NCBI RefSeq assembly: GCF_000485595.1
Contig: NW_014577062.1
Coordinates: forward strand, 1,161,950 to 1,225,949
Source of the DNA: Priapulus caudatus
Taxonomy: Eukaryota
Direction of reading: 5' to 3'
Length of the DNA: 64,000 nucleotides
The notes beneath the pieces were generated by a model that made no database searches, was not told the DNA's origin, and saw only the letters and a list, made by a program, of their open reading frames with translations. Shown one piece after another: positions 23,439 to 36,098 of the stretch (position 1 is its first letter; each line of letters opens with the position of its first letter). Position numbers and translations under genes: made by a program.

Positions 23439-25263
23439 GTAATAGATATCATTGGTCTAATACAGGGTCGTATCTAGGTGTTGTACAACAGTAGTGAGTA
23501 GAAGGCGTCCATAGGCAGCAGGCCTGAATAAGCATCGAACAGAGATTAATTAAAAATACTCACTGTTTCGTCGCATACACAACATACACGTTATACATGT
23601 TAATAACTAACTACAGATTCATGCTTTATGCTCCGTTCGAAACTTTTGCCAGCTCTTTGATGCGGATTTCTACAAAGTAGTCGGATCACGTCTCAAACAC
23701 AAAAATGACCAACCGGTCACCATGGCTACGCCACTTGACGGAATGTCACAACTACACGACAAGACCAGTGCCAGTGGCGGCACCACGATTGTCAAAGTGG
23801 TAAGCCGATGGGATTGGCAAGATCGCACCACGATTGGCAAGCCGAGGGCAAGGACAAATGTAGGGGGTGGGGGCAAAATGTTATGATCGTGTAGCGCCAA
23901 TTCGAGCACGTAGCGCAAGAAATAATGGGTCTTACGGCCCCTGATGTGGTGGAATTACGGCATTACGGAATTACGGCCCCTGATGTGGTGGGGTTTAAGG
24001 AAGCTCTGAGCATTTTTAGCATTTTTGAGGTGAAAATCAAGACTCTGTCACTCTGTATATGCCTTAAACAGAGAAATAAACACGCGTGTAGACCACTTCT
24101 GATCCATATCCAAACTTCTAATTTTACTGTAGTGCGCTAGTGTTGTAAATCAAAGCTATCCGCGGAAATTGCTGTTATGCGGAAAAATAAAGGGGAAAAT
24201 CGTAGTGGCGGAAATAGAATAAGAAAGCAGAAATTTTCCGCCAAAATCCGAAGGATTGGGAGGGTTGCCACTCGATAAGAATTCAAATAACATAGACTAG
24301 GGTTAAAACCCAAAGATTGAAAGGCAACATTTAGGCCTATGGATTAAAATAAATATTGTCATTGCTCCTGTGAACTGTGTCCTTAAAACTTTTGTACAGG
24401 AGCTGATTGGGGGGAAGGCTCCCCTTGGTACCGCCACTGAATATAACAAACATTTCCCCTGTTCTCTATTAATGACGCAATTTCTCCCGACCCCGTTAGA
24501 TGACGTTTATGACTCTACAGGGGTTCGAATCCCATGCGCGTAGCGAACATTTTTTTTCCATTTAATCTGTCTTCTCTCTGTCTTTACCAACCCCCCTATC
24601 TCGTCCGCGACGCTGTCCAATAGGCCATAACGCAATTAAGTGTAATTATTCTCCTGCGCAATACCGCCCAGTGGATAGCGTCGTAGACGTCATAGGTATT
24701 TGTTAAAAGCATAGAGGCCAGCGTCCACACTCAGTGGTGTAGACTGTGTGATACATAGCACAGCAGCAGCAGCACTTGTAATACTGGGAATTCTTTCAAG
24801 TGAAAGCTGCATGGTTCCTGGATTTCATGAATGACTAGTTCATGATGTGGCTATCTCATTTAAATTATGTAAATGTATTGCTCTTGGTCGAGTTGTTTAA
24901 TATCTAAAGACCGAGTATATAGAATAAATTTTAACTTATTACGCACTTTTAGGCCCACATGTTTGAGCTACGTCACGTACGTGTATGGCTATGGAGTACT
25001 AAGTAATCTTCTTAAGTCACTTTTACACCGCATATACAGGTATACCACATGTCTCTGTAGTATAATATGTGCTCTTGATGCTATATTATGATTATTAAAT
25101 TGAAAAAACACCTATATGAGTTTCCCAATTGAAAAGTTTCCGACGCACACACAGTGCAAAACATCGGTGACTTAAAACTTCCCAACTGGTTCTACATACC
25201 TGTATTCTATATCTATGGTGTTTAATGCGTCGCTGCGTGTACCTGTGACCGCGTGTTAGTATA

Positions 25264-25718
25264 CAGGCCCGTAGCCAGCTCTATATTGGGGGGGGGGGGG
25301 TTCGTTTTTCAATGTTGGAAATTTGCTCGGCAGGGGCGTGTACAGGATTTGTCCCAGGGGGTTGTCTAACCGTACCGGCCCTCCCCCAGAAATTTTTTAA
25401 AATTAGACCCCCTCAGATGCGTTTTCAGCAGGAGCAAGGGGGGGTCCGGACTCCCTGGACCCCCCCTGTACACGCCCCTGCTCGGGCGCGAAGCGACCAG
25501 GCGAGGGAGCCAAGCGACCGAGCGGGGGGAGGGTGTGGGAGGGGAGTGTTCACTGTTCACCCTCCCGCACGATGGAGATTTTGCAATTATTACACTAAAA
25601 TGGAGCGACCTGAGGTGAAATTCTTGCAATTTTTCAACAAAAAAATTTGTTTGCTTGGGGGGGGGCTTGGGGGGAGGGTTCGTTCGAACCCCCCGAACCC
25701 CCCCTGGCTACGGGCCTG
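25264..25718. mobile_element. CAGG-ended MITE (6-bp TSD AGTATA) containing a nested MITE at 25331-25480 (5-bp TSD CTCGG)
   Basis: TIRs CAGGCCCGTAGCCAG and CAGGGGCGTGTACAGG, each perfectly inverted. Confidence 0.85.
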
Positions 25719-25768
25719 AGTATATACACTGGCATATGCAACCGCCCATTTTCGGTGCTTGTACATGC

Positions 25769-26339
25769 CCCAGCCCCCCCACTCAGTGTTAGTTAGGGTA
25801 CGCATATGCTCGTTCCCTCCCTTTGAAAGCACCCCCTATCTCAGGACTGCTAAATTTTCTGAACCCCCCTTTTGCGGGCTTTTTGCGGGTTTTCCTGCCT
25901 TGGAGACCCCCCTAAATCCGGAACACTGCTCAATGTACCCCCTATCTCAGGTGAGCTCTCATTCCAACCGTAGTGACGTTAGTGTAGCGTGTGGAACTGT
26001 CGAACCAGTCTACACTATACGTAGTGTAGAGTTCAGTGATTGAGGGGAACTAGGGGGCAATATTTTTACATTTCAAAATTAAATAATCCTAAATGAGCTT
26101 TCAAAACTAGCAGGAATTTCAGGAATTTGATCCCGGGATTTGATAAAGTTTTCTATGATATTCAAGATGAAAGAGAGAGAGGAAAAACACCCCCTTTTTA
26201 AAGAAATCTCGGGTGAAAAGTCAAATACACCTTTTTTTACAATTCTTGGGCCGGATTTTGTCGCGCGAAAAATACCTCTTTACCGAAGATTTTGGGAACG
26301 CGCATGCGGTCCCTCCGACCTCGGAGTGGGGGGGCCGGG
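25769..26339. mobile_element. MITE with C-rich TIR and 8-bp TSD
   Basis: CCCAGCCCCCCCACTC..GAGTGGGGGGGCCGGG, TSD GTACATGC at 25761 and 26340. Confidence 0.75.
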
Positions 26340-26439
26340 GTACATGCAGGTGCGTGCGTGTACTTTATGTATATTATACACTACAAACACAGGCTACTCA
26401 TCAATGGCTAGGGAAATGCGCAATTTCTAATCCATATAC

Positions 26440-26886
26440 AGCCCTGCGCACATGCACGTGAGTGACTCAAGTAAAATGACGCATGAGTCATTTTACTCAC
26501 GTGTGCGGCGGATTTTCGTTGAGTAATTTGACGCATGCGTCATTTTACTCACGTGTGCGACGGATTTTCGTTGAGTAATTTGACGCATGCGTCATTTTAC
26601 TCAATATCAAACGTGTTTGATAATTTTTGACTCATGCGCCATTTTACTCAACGTGTGCGCGCGCTGAGTAAATGTACTCAACACTCAACTAGGTATACTC
26701 ACAGTGCGTCGTTTAAATCATTGTGCGCCCAGTATTGGCTGCGCACAGTCACGTGATCTGCAGTTACCACTTATTCCTTGAGTAATTTTACTCACGTGTG
26801 CGGCGAACGCTGAAAATATTACGCGTGAGTATTTTGACTCATGCGTCATTTGACTTGAGTAAAATTACTCACGTGTGCGCCGGGCT
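26440..26886. mobile_element. PIF/Harbinger-like MITE, 3-bp TSD TAC
   Basis: AGCCC..GGGCT termini, reiterated ttactcacgtgtgcg motifs, 60-bp internal duplication. Confidence 0.8.
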
Positions 26887-27569
26887 TACGTTAGGAGTCG
26901 ATGCATTGAACTTGAATATGTATGTATCCGTTGATTTGTAGATTGTAGCCCTTTTCGCTCTCCATCTCTCCCTCTCTGTCATCTCTTTTTATTTCGTGTG
27001 CGCGTGCGAACCAAAACTTGCCGAACGTCTTTGTGGGTTACACTCTCACTATAGCAGATTTACAATGAGACCGCCGTTTAAACTAATGGTTTATAAATCA
27101 GTACAAGAGAAAGTTAGAAAGCAGCTAGTACGACAGAATATAACACGTACTCTAGTTATATATATGTATGCCTAAAGGGCACATGTAGAATTAGGTCTTT
27201 AATTTTAGTTAGAGCGGCCATAATTACTAACCCGCGGCTATGGCCATGCATATACTATACGTTAGTGAAGATCTGGGTCTGCCTCTACCCGTAATAAAAC
27301 CCAGAACAGGTTTAGGCAGGCGATTGTATTCTCTGCGTAACACATATTACGTGTTTAAAAATAGAAAATAAATTGTATATTCTGTGTTGTCACCATGTCG
27401 GTATGAGTTGAAATTACAGATAGCAAGTAGGGGACAAGACTCAATTATGGGGAAATTTGGCAATTTATAGATATATCTCCAGAGCAGCAATAAATAATAA
27501 AAATATAATCTTTGGTGGCACAAATCGGCTAAAAATATATGAAGTGCAGGAGCACATATATATGTATTC

Positions 27570-27613
27570 TATTATATATATACACACAAATATATATATA
27601 TATATATAAAAAT

Positions 27614-27673
<60 letters not shown>
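27570..27673. repeat. (TA)n microsatellite
   Basis: Seen directly. Confidence 0.9.
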
Positions 27674-27676
<3 letters not shown>

Positions 27677-27959
27677 TTCTCCGTTACAATCCCGTCAACT
27701 ATTAAGAATCTTTGTTAGAAGGTTATATAGCGACATCCACCACGGTAAGATATATATACTGCAGCTGTGATCTAAATATACAGTTATTATTCTGTATATG
27801 ATTCTTATATTATGTGATAATGTATACACTTGTAGCTAGATATGTACTATTATCAATTATCAATTATTATATCAAGGTACTATCGTTTTCCTCTTTTCCG
27901 TTATTCACGATATATTATTTAGTAGCTGCCTTGTCAGCCGCTAAGAAAAAAACCGCTGT

Positions 27960-28030
27960 GTGATGTCACGTAAAATGATCACGTGATACATGTTGCCGAT
28001 GCTTGCCCGGCGCCATCTTTGTTAGTAAGG
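27960..28030 (+). promoter_or_regulatory. Promoter-like motif cluster (E-box TCACGTGA, YY1-like CGCCATCTTTG)
   Basis: Motifs lie in a repeat-free island with a consensus donor CTG|GTAAGT at 28348/28349. Possibly a distal gus first exon. Confidence 0.3.
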
Positions 28031-28410
28031 AATCTTTATTCTCTGTTATTTTGTGCCTTCCATTGACCGTACGGTATTCTGACGGTCCTGTTCAAATTTT
28101 TTAGATAGAATTAACTTAGTCGTGCATATTTTAATTTATGTGGACGTAGACGTACTTGCTTGAAGAACGGGTTAAATAGATTATAAATGAATAGATATTT
28201 GTGCGAGCTGTACCCTAGGCCAGCAACTACAATTGAGTACAAAGCAACAACAAAGCAATCGAGTACAACAGTTTGCCGTAATAAGTGGAATTTCTATAAT
28301 GACTGCTGCTTCATTAACTGGGGTGTCTAACATTATCAGCAGTTTCTGGTAAGTGTTTTTTTTTAATGTCAAGCAGTTCAGTAATGTAATTGTAATGCTC
28401 AACTTCTCAA

Positions 28411-28643
28411 GGGGTCGTTGTCGTATCAGGTACTACAGATATGTACCCGAGGTACATATATGTATTGTATACACAAAGTGTACCAGACTTGTACTACAGA
28501 AGTGTACTCTAACCATAACACCAACCCTAACCCTAACCCTCATAGTCATATAAAAATATAAACATAATAGTATTAATACTAAACAACCTAAAACTACCTC
28601 GGTTACATATCTGTAGTAGCCTACCTGATACGACATCGACCCC
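28411..28643. mobile_element. MITE with ~45-bp TIR (GGGGTCG..) and a short internal (TAACCC)n
   Basis: ggggtcgttgtcgtatcaggtactacagatatgtacccgaggta is inverted at ~28596-28643. No clear TSD. Confidence 0.75.
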
Positions 28644-28854
28644 ATCTGCGTCAGTAATGACAGTATAAAGCCATGAATTGATTTCATTTGTGTTGTGTAT
28701 GGGCACTGAGAGTGAGAGTGAGTCAGTGAGTGAGACTGAGTCACTGAATGAGATTTCAATTTTCAGCAGCCTCTTGCTAGGAGTGAGTTGCAGCAACTGA
28801 GATTGTGGATGAAAATGAGGCTGAAAGTCAGTGTGAACATGATGAATGACTAGA

Positions 28855-29176
28855 CAGGGCATGAATTTAAGATTTTTTGCACTGGCCCAGAGCCTTTCTT
28901 ACCAGCCCTCACAAATTTTGTTTGTGAAATCAATGTCATGTTTTACGCTTGCATTCTCGATTTCAAATTTGTGAAATGTTGATAAAATATTGTGTGATAT
29001 CCTAGGTAAAACAGTAATGTAGGCTATTTGCTCGTTAATGCTATAAATAAAAATGTAGGTACTTGCTAACACGGCTGAAACCACCGGCTCGGAAGGCTGG
29101 TGTTTTGCCAATGTTACCGGCCCTCCAAATGATTTGCCGGCATATGCCGGTGGGCTGGTGCTAATTTCACACCCTA
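28855..29176. mobile_element. CAGGG-type MITE, 5-bp TSD CTAGA
   Basis: CAGGGCATGAATTTA / TAATTTCACACCCTA, with CTAGA on both sides. Confidence 0.65.
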
Positions 29177-29897
29177 CTAGAGTAGACATCTAGATACAAT
29201 AATGTAACCCAACAAGAGTAGGGTTACAATGCGAGCCTATTCTTTTCTTTGGAGGAGCCATTGAATGATTCACTCAGGGCGGTTTTATGGTGCGTTTTTC
29301 GAGACTACAACTTCCAAACTGGGTTTATTCTAAACACGAACCTTTCTCCACTATCCTGGGACTTACTATGTATCACAATACTCTGTATTAAACTATTATA
29401 ACCTGTTACAAAATTTCGAAGTGACGAGCGGCGACATTTCGAGCGCCATTTCTGTTGACCTGTGACGTACAGATTCTCAATGCTCATAGCGTTCGGCTAA
29501 CTTCGTCATGACTGACAGCAGGCTTCCCATGATACATTCGATCTTGGAGTCTTAGCCGAACGCTATGCGAATCTCAACGGCTCGACCTACGCTCTTAATA
29601 TTCGATGTATAGCGTGATGGGGAGGAAACCCATCACCAGTGTGAAATTTGAGGTCAAAGGGCAGTTGGGGAAAGGTCAGATATCAGACATTTTATGAGGA
29701 CATGGTCTAATGGACCGAGTGCAAAACTTTTTTGTTTCAGTGCTGACCTACCATTTTTATCACTTTATTGAAAGGACCATGAAATCTACTTTCCGCTGAC
29801 ATGCGAAGAGTAAGTGTCTGATAACCTTTTGACCCTCAAGAGGAGGGTTAAACATGGATTTGTTGACTGTTAAAGGCATAATAAGCCCATTGATTCA

Positions 29898-30526
29898 GCA
29901 ATGTTGACGAATGCTAGAGTAAAGTCGTGGCACCTTGTGTAGTTAATAAGTACGTAACCTTATAGCCTACCGCGTATTAGTTTGTCCAATATCACTGCTG
30001 GTTACATTACAAGCAAGACTTGTAATCGGTTGTTGATATATATTCATTTACGTGCAGTAAATGTCATCCAGGAGTTAAGCGATGAGTCGCCGATGACGTA
30101 AACATTTTTGCGGCCCGTATGTTTTGGACGCCAGATGAAATGGAGGTGTCAGCGGTGTATCCACGGCTACGGACTGAACATGGAAATGGAGTAAAACACA
30201 CGTACTAATCACGGACGCACATGGACAGCCCTGACAAAAAGTTTCTTATCACGAGCGTCCGTGTTTACGAAATCACTGATGATAGCATTGCGTACGGCCG
30301 AGCATGCGTGCGAAAATGTCCGGTGCACTATAAATCTGTATCACACCCGCTTCGCCGGCAGCGGTTTGAAACTGTACAACTGATTTCTTGGACTGCGGAT
30401 TTCAATTAGACATTTCTTAGTAACCAGCAGTGATATTGGACAAACTAATACGCGTTTGGCTATAAGGTAATGTACTTATTGACAACTATACAAGGTGCCA
30501 GTTACTCTAGCATTCGTCAACATTGC
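29898..30526. mobile_element. Foldback element with ~108-bp inverted arms
   Basis: 29898-30005 is the imperfect reverse complement of 30420-30526. Confidence 0.8.
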
Positions 30527-30913
30527 ATAATCCCCTTCCCCCACCCTCCCCAGGTTTTTTTTTTTTAATTGGTGGTCTGTCAGATGTACATGGCGCCATA
30601 ACATTGATTCACCTTAAAGTAAGAATCAGACAATATGTTTTTAAATGTTGCCAAAACGTTTTAATACGGAAAATTGTGAGATATACACGTATCTATCAAT
30701 TCAGTTCACTTTTGGGTCCTTTTGGAAATTGTTGAACTTTCATTTTCATAGACTTCGAATGGTATTTATATATATATATGTTTTTTTGGGGGGTAATAAA
30801 AGGGTAATGCGGGACCAAAAAGCAGATGCGGCAGGGCCTGAGAAACAAACAATAATTTTTTTGGCCTTATTTGTTAATATTTATTGTTAAGGCTTGAGTG
30901 GAATGTATTGTTA

Positions 30914-31210
30914 TCATCATCATCATCAATCCTCTTCGCTCTGACCGGAGCATCTAGGGACGCCAGTGCCGCCACAGTCTTCCTTCATCGGACTCGGTTT
31001 TGAGCTGTCGGCTTCACTTGTTCCCAAGACATTCCAATTTCTTCATATTCCTGTCTGATGGTCTTCCTCCATGACTTTTTCGGTCTGCTTCTCTTCCGAG
31101 CTCCTTGCGGATTCCACTCCAGGGACTGTCATGTGATGTTACTCGCAGGTTTTCTGAGCGTATGACCAACCCATTTCCACTTTCTACGCCTGATGGTGAC
31201 TTCAACTCTC
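30914..31210 (-). mobile_element. 5'-truncated RTE-clade LINE with (ATG)n tail and 14-bp TSD
   Basis: Minus strand reads IRRRKWKWVGHTLRK..*..WNPQGARKRSRPKKSWRKT..AQNRVR*R. TSD GGAATGTATTGTTA at 30900-30913 and 31211-31224. Confidence 0.9.
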
Positions 31211-31686
31211 GGAATGTATTGTTACTATTAGGCAATATTACTTAAAGGGTTTCCCCACCCAAGTACTGTTTTAATGTACATTGTAATTGGATTGGGAGCT
31301 CAGCTTAAAATATAGATAATATCTACATCTAGCGGGTTACCATTTGCAAAACATTATCCAAGCCTGCTTCTTGTACAGTAAATATTTTTTTACTCATAAT
31401 AGTCATCACATGAACGTGAACAAGCAGTAATGATCATATTAGCTAGTGTAAATGAGCCTGTTGCTAGTTTGTACTTTGTGAAAGGTCTCTGTAGCTAAGA
31501 TTTAAAATAAGAATCTAGCTGTATTTCATTATCTTCTACGAAATATTGTCTTTCATGTTACGAAATTGCGCCTACACATCTAAGGGTTTCTGTGTTAGCT
31601 ATTTAACTATCATTGATGGCTGTTTTGACATAGTATAGCAGGTGATGTTTTTCAAAGGATCCTAATAGAGGTTTTTAGGCTTATTA

Positions 31687-32239
31687 CAGGGTGCAAAATT
31701 AACGCAAGTCCGTAGTCAAATACTCCCTGACTTGACATATATGCAGGAGTCCGTGTGACCTGAAAATTCTGTTATACTAACTACTACTAGTAGTAGTTTG
31801 TTCCAGAGCACAGCCTCACGGAATTACCATATTTTTTCAGCAAATGTCCAAAGAAAATTTGGCAGACGTGCATCGCATGAATCTTCAAAATAAGCACCAG
31901 GGTTCTCCAAGCTTTTTCATTATAGCATGGCGGGGCTGCCTTTACGGTCCTAGTTTTAGCATTTTTTTAGCTAGTTTTAGCATTTTTTTAGCTAATTTTA
32001 GCATGTCGGCTATGATATTTAGAGTGGCGGGTGCATTTTAGGATGGCGGGGCTCGACGATAGCCTGGTGGGCCGCCAGGCTATAAGTGCTCTTGGAGAAC
32101 CCTGAGCACATGCGTTATTGTTGTCAATGTTATGCTTTAGTTTTGAACTTCAGACTGGGGGGACTCACTTTGCTATGGACTCCCTTTTTTTAAGGACAGG
32201 GAGTCCGTTGGACTCCCTTGTTCAAAAGTTAATTTCTAC

Positions 32240-32243
<4 letters not shown>
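31687..32243. mobile_element. CAGGG MITE (sister of 42346-42680) with a nested MITE at 31898-32104
   Basis: Nested TIR CAGGGTTCTCCAAG, TSD AGCAC. The empty site is present in the 42-kb copy. Confidence 0.85.
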
Positions 32244-32276
<33 letters not shown>

Positions 32277-32279
<3 letters not shown>

Positions 32280-32797
32280 GGTTTCTTCTGAGGGAAAATT
32301 AGAAAAAGAAGGTAATGGCCAGTTAGGGGAAAAACGTGCATGATGGATTCAAATACAGGATGTATTGATATAGTTATCAGTCTGCACGAAAAACTTCCAC
32401 TCTCATTGGCCCAGCGGTCTTGTAGAAATGTATAATTCTCTGACCCGCACTAGGTTTTACAGGCCCGAATCAATGATCATCATCATTAAAGAAAAAGAAG
32501 AGGGAATAGAAAGCGGGCCTTTTATGAAAAAAAAACCCGAACCGGACCGGAAACCGAAATAAGAAGCTGAAATATTATTAATAGACCATTTACTCCATTT
32601 TTTTCTACTGGCCCATCGGGCTTGTTCATTTACCAGTTTTATTGGCCTCGGATACCGGGCCAGTGGTTAATTTTGCAGACTGAGTTATATAGATACAGGA
32701 TATACTTATCAGTAAATACAGGAACATTTTTACAACGGCGATGTTAAATTTGACAACGGCGGTGCGCCACTGTGCTTCCTATGTATAAGAAAACCTG
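32277..32797. mobile_element. CAGGG MITE (sister of 15288-15562) with a nested element at 32378-32682
   Basis: Near-identical to the 15.3-kb copy outside the insert. The insert has CAGTCTGCA TIRs flanked by AGTTAT. Confidence 0.85.
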
Positions 32798-32819
32798 ATA
32801 TATAATTATAATATCTTAA

Positions 32820-33415
32820 AGGGATACTAGACTCTAGGATTTTACTGCATACAACTGTATAACAAATCGTCTATACCCACACGTACAAGTTTGTTACCAG
32901 ATACCTAATTTAATTGTTATAATTAATTATACACCAACGGATTCAACGCTACAAAATTTGAATTGCGCCATTGACACCCACGACCGTGCTGCCACCCTGA
33001 AAAAGTTGCGCATTTCCCAATATATTTTGCACGTTACAGACCGAGAGCTAATCACAAAGGTGCAATTATATTTATACCTAAATGCTATTTAACCGAACGA
33101 TGTTCATTTTAGGACAAATTTATCCATAATATAACTGAAACTATATATGTCATTTATAAGATATTACAATCCTTTTGCTTTAAAATTTATAAATAAGAAA
33201 CACCCTCGGTCTGTAGCCCTTGGCTGAAAAGTCGTTTTGCGCAACTTTTCAGATCGTGCGCTTTGAGTGGCGCCACCGTCGTTGTAATCAAACTGTAGTG
33301 GTTAGTTTAAAAAAAAAAAAATTCTAATGGTGATTGAATCGTGAAACTTTTTATGTAGCATAATTTTAACCTAAATTAACTGAAAATAACCCTAGAACTT
33401 GAGTAAAGGATCCCT
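32820..33415. mobile_element. Kolobok-like non-autonomous element (TTAA TSD, AGGGAT..ATCCCT)
   Basis: TTAA at 32816 and 33416. Internal sequence is shared with ~5640-5790 and ~7270-7410. Confidence 0.65.
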
Positions 33416-34963
33416 TTAATATCTTATAGCTCCAGTCACGAGAAACAACACGGTTTATAGATTGAGAAACCTACCACTACCAGTGTAAGCTTGTAAGGTG
33501 TTACAAGCATTTTTATGACATAATTGTAACAATTTTATAAAATCTTTGAGTATTGGAATGTATTGGAACAAAACAGCAGTTTTGCAGAACTTTTGCTGTA
33601 GTGACTTTATTAGTCACATCTTCTAAATTTCTCAGCCAATCACCTCTGTCAAATTTACCTGTTTGACCTCATCAGAATGCCATCAGGCATGTAGGTGGTT
33701 AAGTAGTAACATAGTGTACTTGAGATTTTCATTCACGTAAAAATCGTACAGAGCTATTTTGGTTTCAAGGTACGAGTAGTAAGTGGACAGTACTACTGAG
33801 TATTAGCTAGTCAAGGATCAGCTTTTGTCGCGGGACATTCATTCATAAAAATCCAAGGATTTTGCATGGTGCGGGTAATACCTTGTAATTATCAGTGAAG
33901 GTATAAAAAGATCTTGTATGTCCTGAAAGACCGGCTGTCCTTCATTGTAAGTGACTTGTGTGTGTGAAATATCTGTGACCTGTTTCATGAACATGTGCAT
34001 ACGACATGATCTATGCCACAACGTTGTAGTATAAATCGTGTTCTACAATATGTCATGGTAATACTTTCTCTTCCATAAGCACCCAAAGGAACGTAAATCT
34101 AGGTGGTCTAGCATTCAGCTTAAAATTTGTCTCAGTTTCCATACAGTGTGTGAAAATGTAACATTGTTATTTTAAGAGCCAATTTTTCTAAGATTCAGGC
34201 AGTTTAACACTAGGGGGTGATACATGACCTCTATACCTCATATAATATACGTAATATTATTATTTATCTTATTACTTAATACTACCAATTGATACTAATA
34301 TAGTAATACTACTACTACTACTATTACTATTACTGCTACTCTTATTACAACGCTATATTTATTTTCCTTATAATTAGAGCATGCATGTTACATCAAGTAG
34401 TACGTAACATTGGTACTTTAGCATAGTTTTCCCCCACACACCTAGTGCTAGGTATGTGACAGGTAAACCTGCTTGCTGTCATCAGCTATTCAGTGGGCTG
34501 GCACACCTGACCGGTGTTGCATGAGGAGCGTGTACGCGTACAACATTCGTACTTGAACCTTGAACCGCGCGCTCCGTTCCATTGTTGGGGTCGGCATTCG
34601 TGGTCCGCTGAATAGCAGGTATTAGTCCTAACGATGACATAGTCACTCTTCTTGAAGCATGACAAGAATTTAACTGGTAATCCATTTTGTTCAGGGTGGA
34701 GAGACAGGCTGAGTCATAGGCAAGTCAAACAAATTCATGGTGAGATCCCTTAGGGAGTGGCGTTTCGTTTTTTTGAGTATTAATAATGAGGTGACTGTCG
34801 TGGGGTCACTCATGTGCTGATGTTGTGATTACTATAGGTTGCTTACTATATAGCAGTGTGTGTAATTCGTTATTTGTCATTGTGTAACATATAGGGTGAC
34901 GCTACACAAGTGTTGGGGGGGGGGACGGTAGGAGAATAACCAAGGGAGTATATAAGGGAGTAA

Positions 34964-36096
34964 AGCCCTGCTCAGGTCGCCCTACGATTTGACTATCAGC
35001 GACTACTTTAGCGCCGATTAGCAGCGTAGCAACACTCACGTCGACTTGAAGTGACTTCACGCTGTACATCGCCGATCAGATCGTAGCGTTCTCGCAGGAA
35101 ACGTAGACGGGTTCACGGCCCCAGTATTTGTACTAGCACAAACAGAGCATGCTTGACGCCGGGACCAGTCTACATAAAACGAGTCACATGACCAACAAAA
35201 TGGCGCTTACCAGCAGTAAACACCCGGTAACTTCGTAAATCTATTGCTAGGGGCACACGAGCGATTTTTATCGCCCGATCGCGGCGATTAAAATTGCCAG
35301 CGAATTTAATCGCCCGATCACGAAGGGGCACACGTAGCGATTTTTATCGCCCGATCACGAAGGGGCACACGTGACGTAGCGAATTTGAGAGCGTACGCGT
35401 ACGCCACTCGACAGAACATTTAACATTACATGATATCAACAACACGTCCGATTGGTTTAGAAAAATCGATCGGGCGACAAAATACGCCGGTCACGGGCAC
35501 ACGAGCGATAATAATCGCCCGGCGTAAATAATCGCCCGAAAATATCTAACATTTTGGATACGGGCGATTCGGTCGGCCGATTAAAATCGGCGTCGACGTG
35601 AACGGGCACACGGGCGATTTCTTCGAGCGATTTCAAAATTCGCGGCGATCGGGCGATAAAAATCGCTCGTGTGCCCCTACCATATCCTCAATTTTCTGAA
35701 AATCGTTAATCATGTGCAGAAAAAGAATTAAAAAAATTGCCTGTGATATACGGAAAACTTAATATATATTTGAGAAAGGGTTTTGTGCAATAATCCCTCC
35801 TTGTAAACTGCTGTGTAGGCTGCCATTTTGTGTTAATCACGTGACTTTTGATAATCATGTGACTCGACACGTAGCGGTGATTGGCTGCCACTCACGATTT
35901 GTCGCCGACCGCCGCATAGAAATTTATAGAATCGTTTCTATTCCTGCGATCGCAGTCGGCGACCGTATTTTCGATCGTAAGAGAACTCATGTCGAGTTTA
36001 GTCGCCGATGTTTTTATCGGCGATCTGGCCGGTTTTTGACGTACGATTTTCAAATTTTGTTGGCGACTAGGTCGTAAGGGCGACCTGAGTTAGCCT
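34964..36096 (+). mobile_element. PIF/Harbinger-like MITE, TAA TSD
   Basis: TAA|AGCCCTGCTCAGGTCGCCCTACGA...TCGTAAGGGCGACCTGAGTTAGCCT|TAA. Confidence 0.85.
35245..35682. mobile_element. Nested MITE, ~38-bp TIR, 3-bp TSD TAT
   Basis: TG(C/G)TAGGGGCACACGAGCGATTTTTATCGCCCGATCGC at both ends. The empty site is seen in the inverted sister copy at ~36200-36225. Confidence 0.9.
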
Positions 36097-36098
36097 TA

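Noticed and set aside
24500..24560. B-box GGTTCGAATCCC followed by a T-run (tRNA or SINE?)
   Set aside because: No A-box or cloverleaf could be built. At most a degenerate SINE fragment.
29485..29567. 16-bp inverted repeat hairpin (pre-miRNA?)
   Set aside because: No known mature miRNA recognised, the ~50-nt loop is too large, and it lies among transposon remnants.
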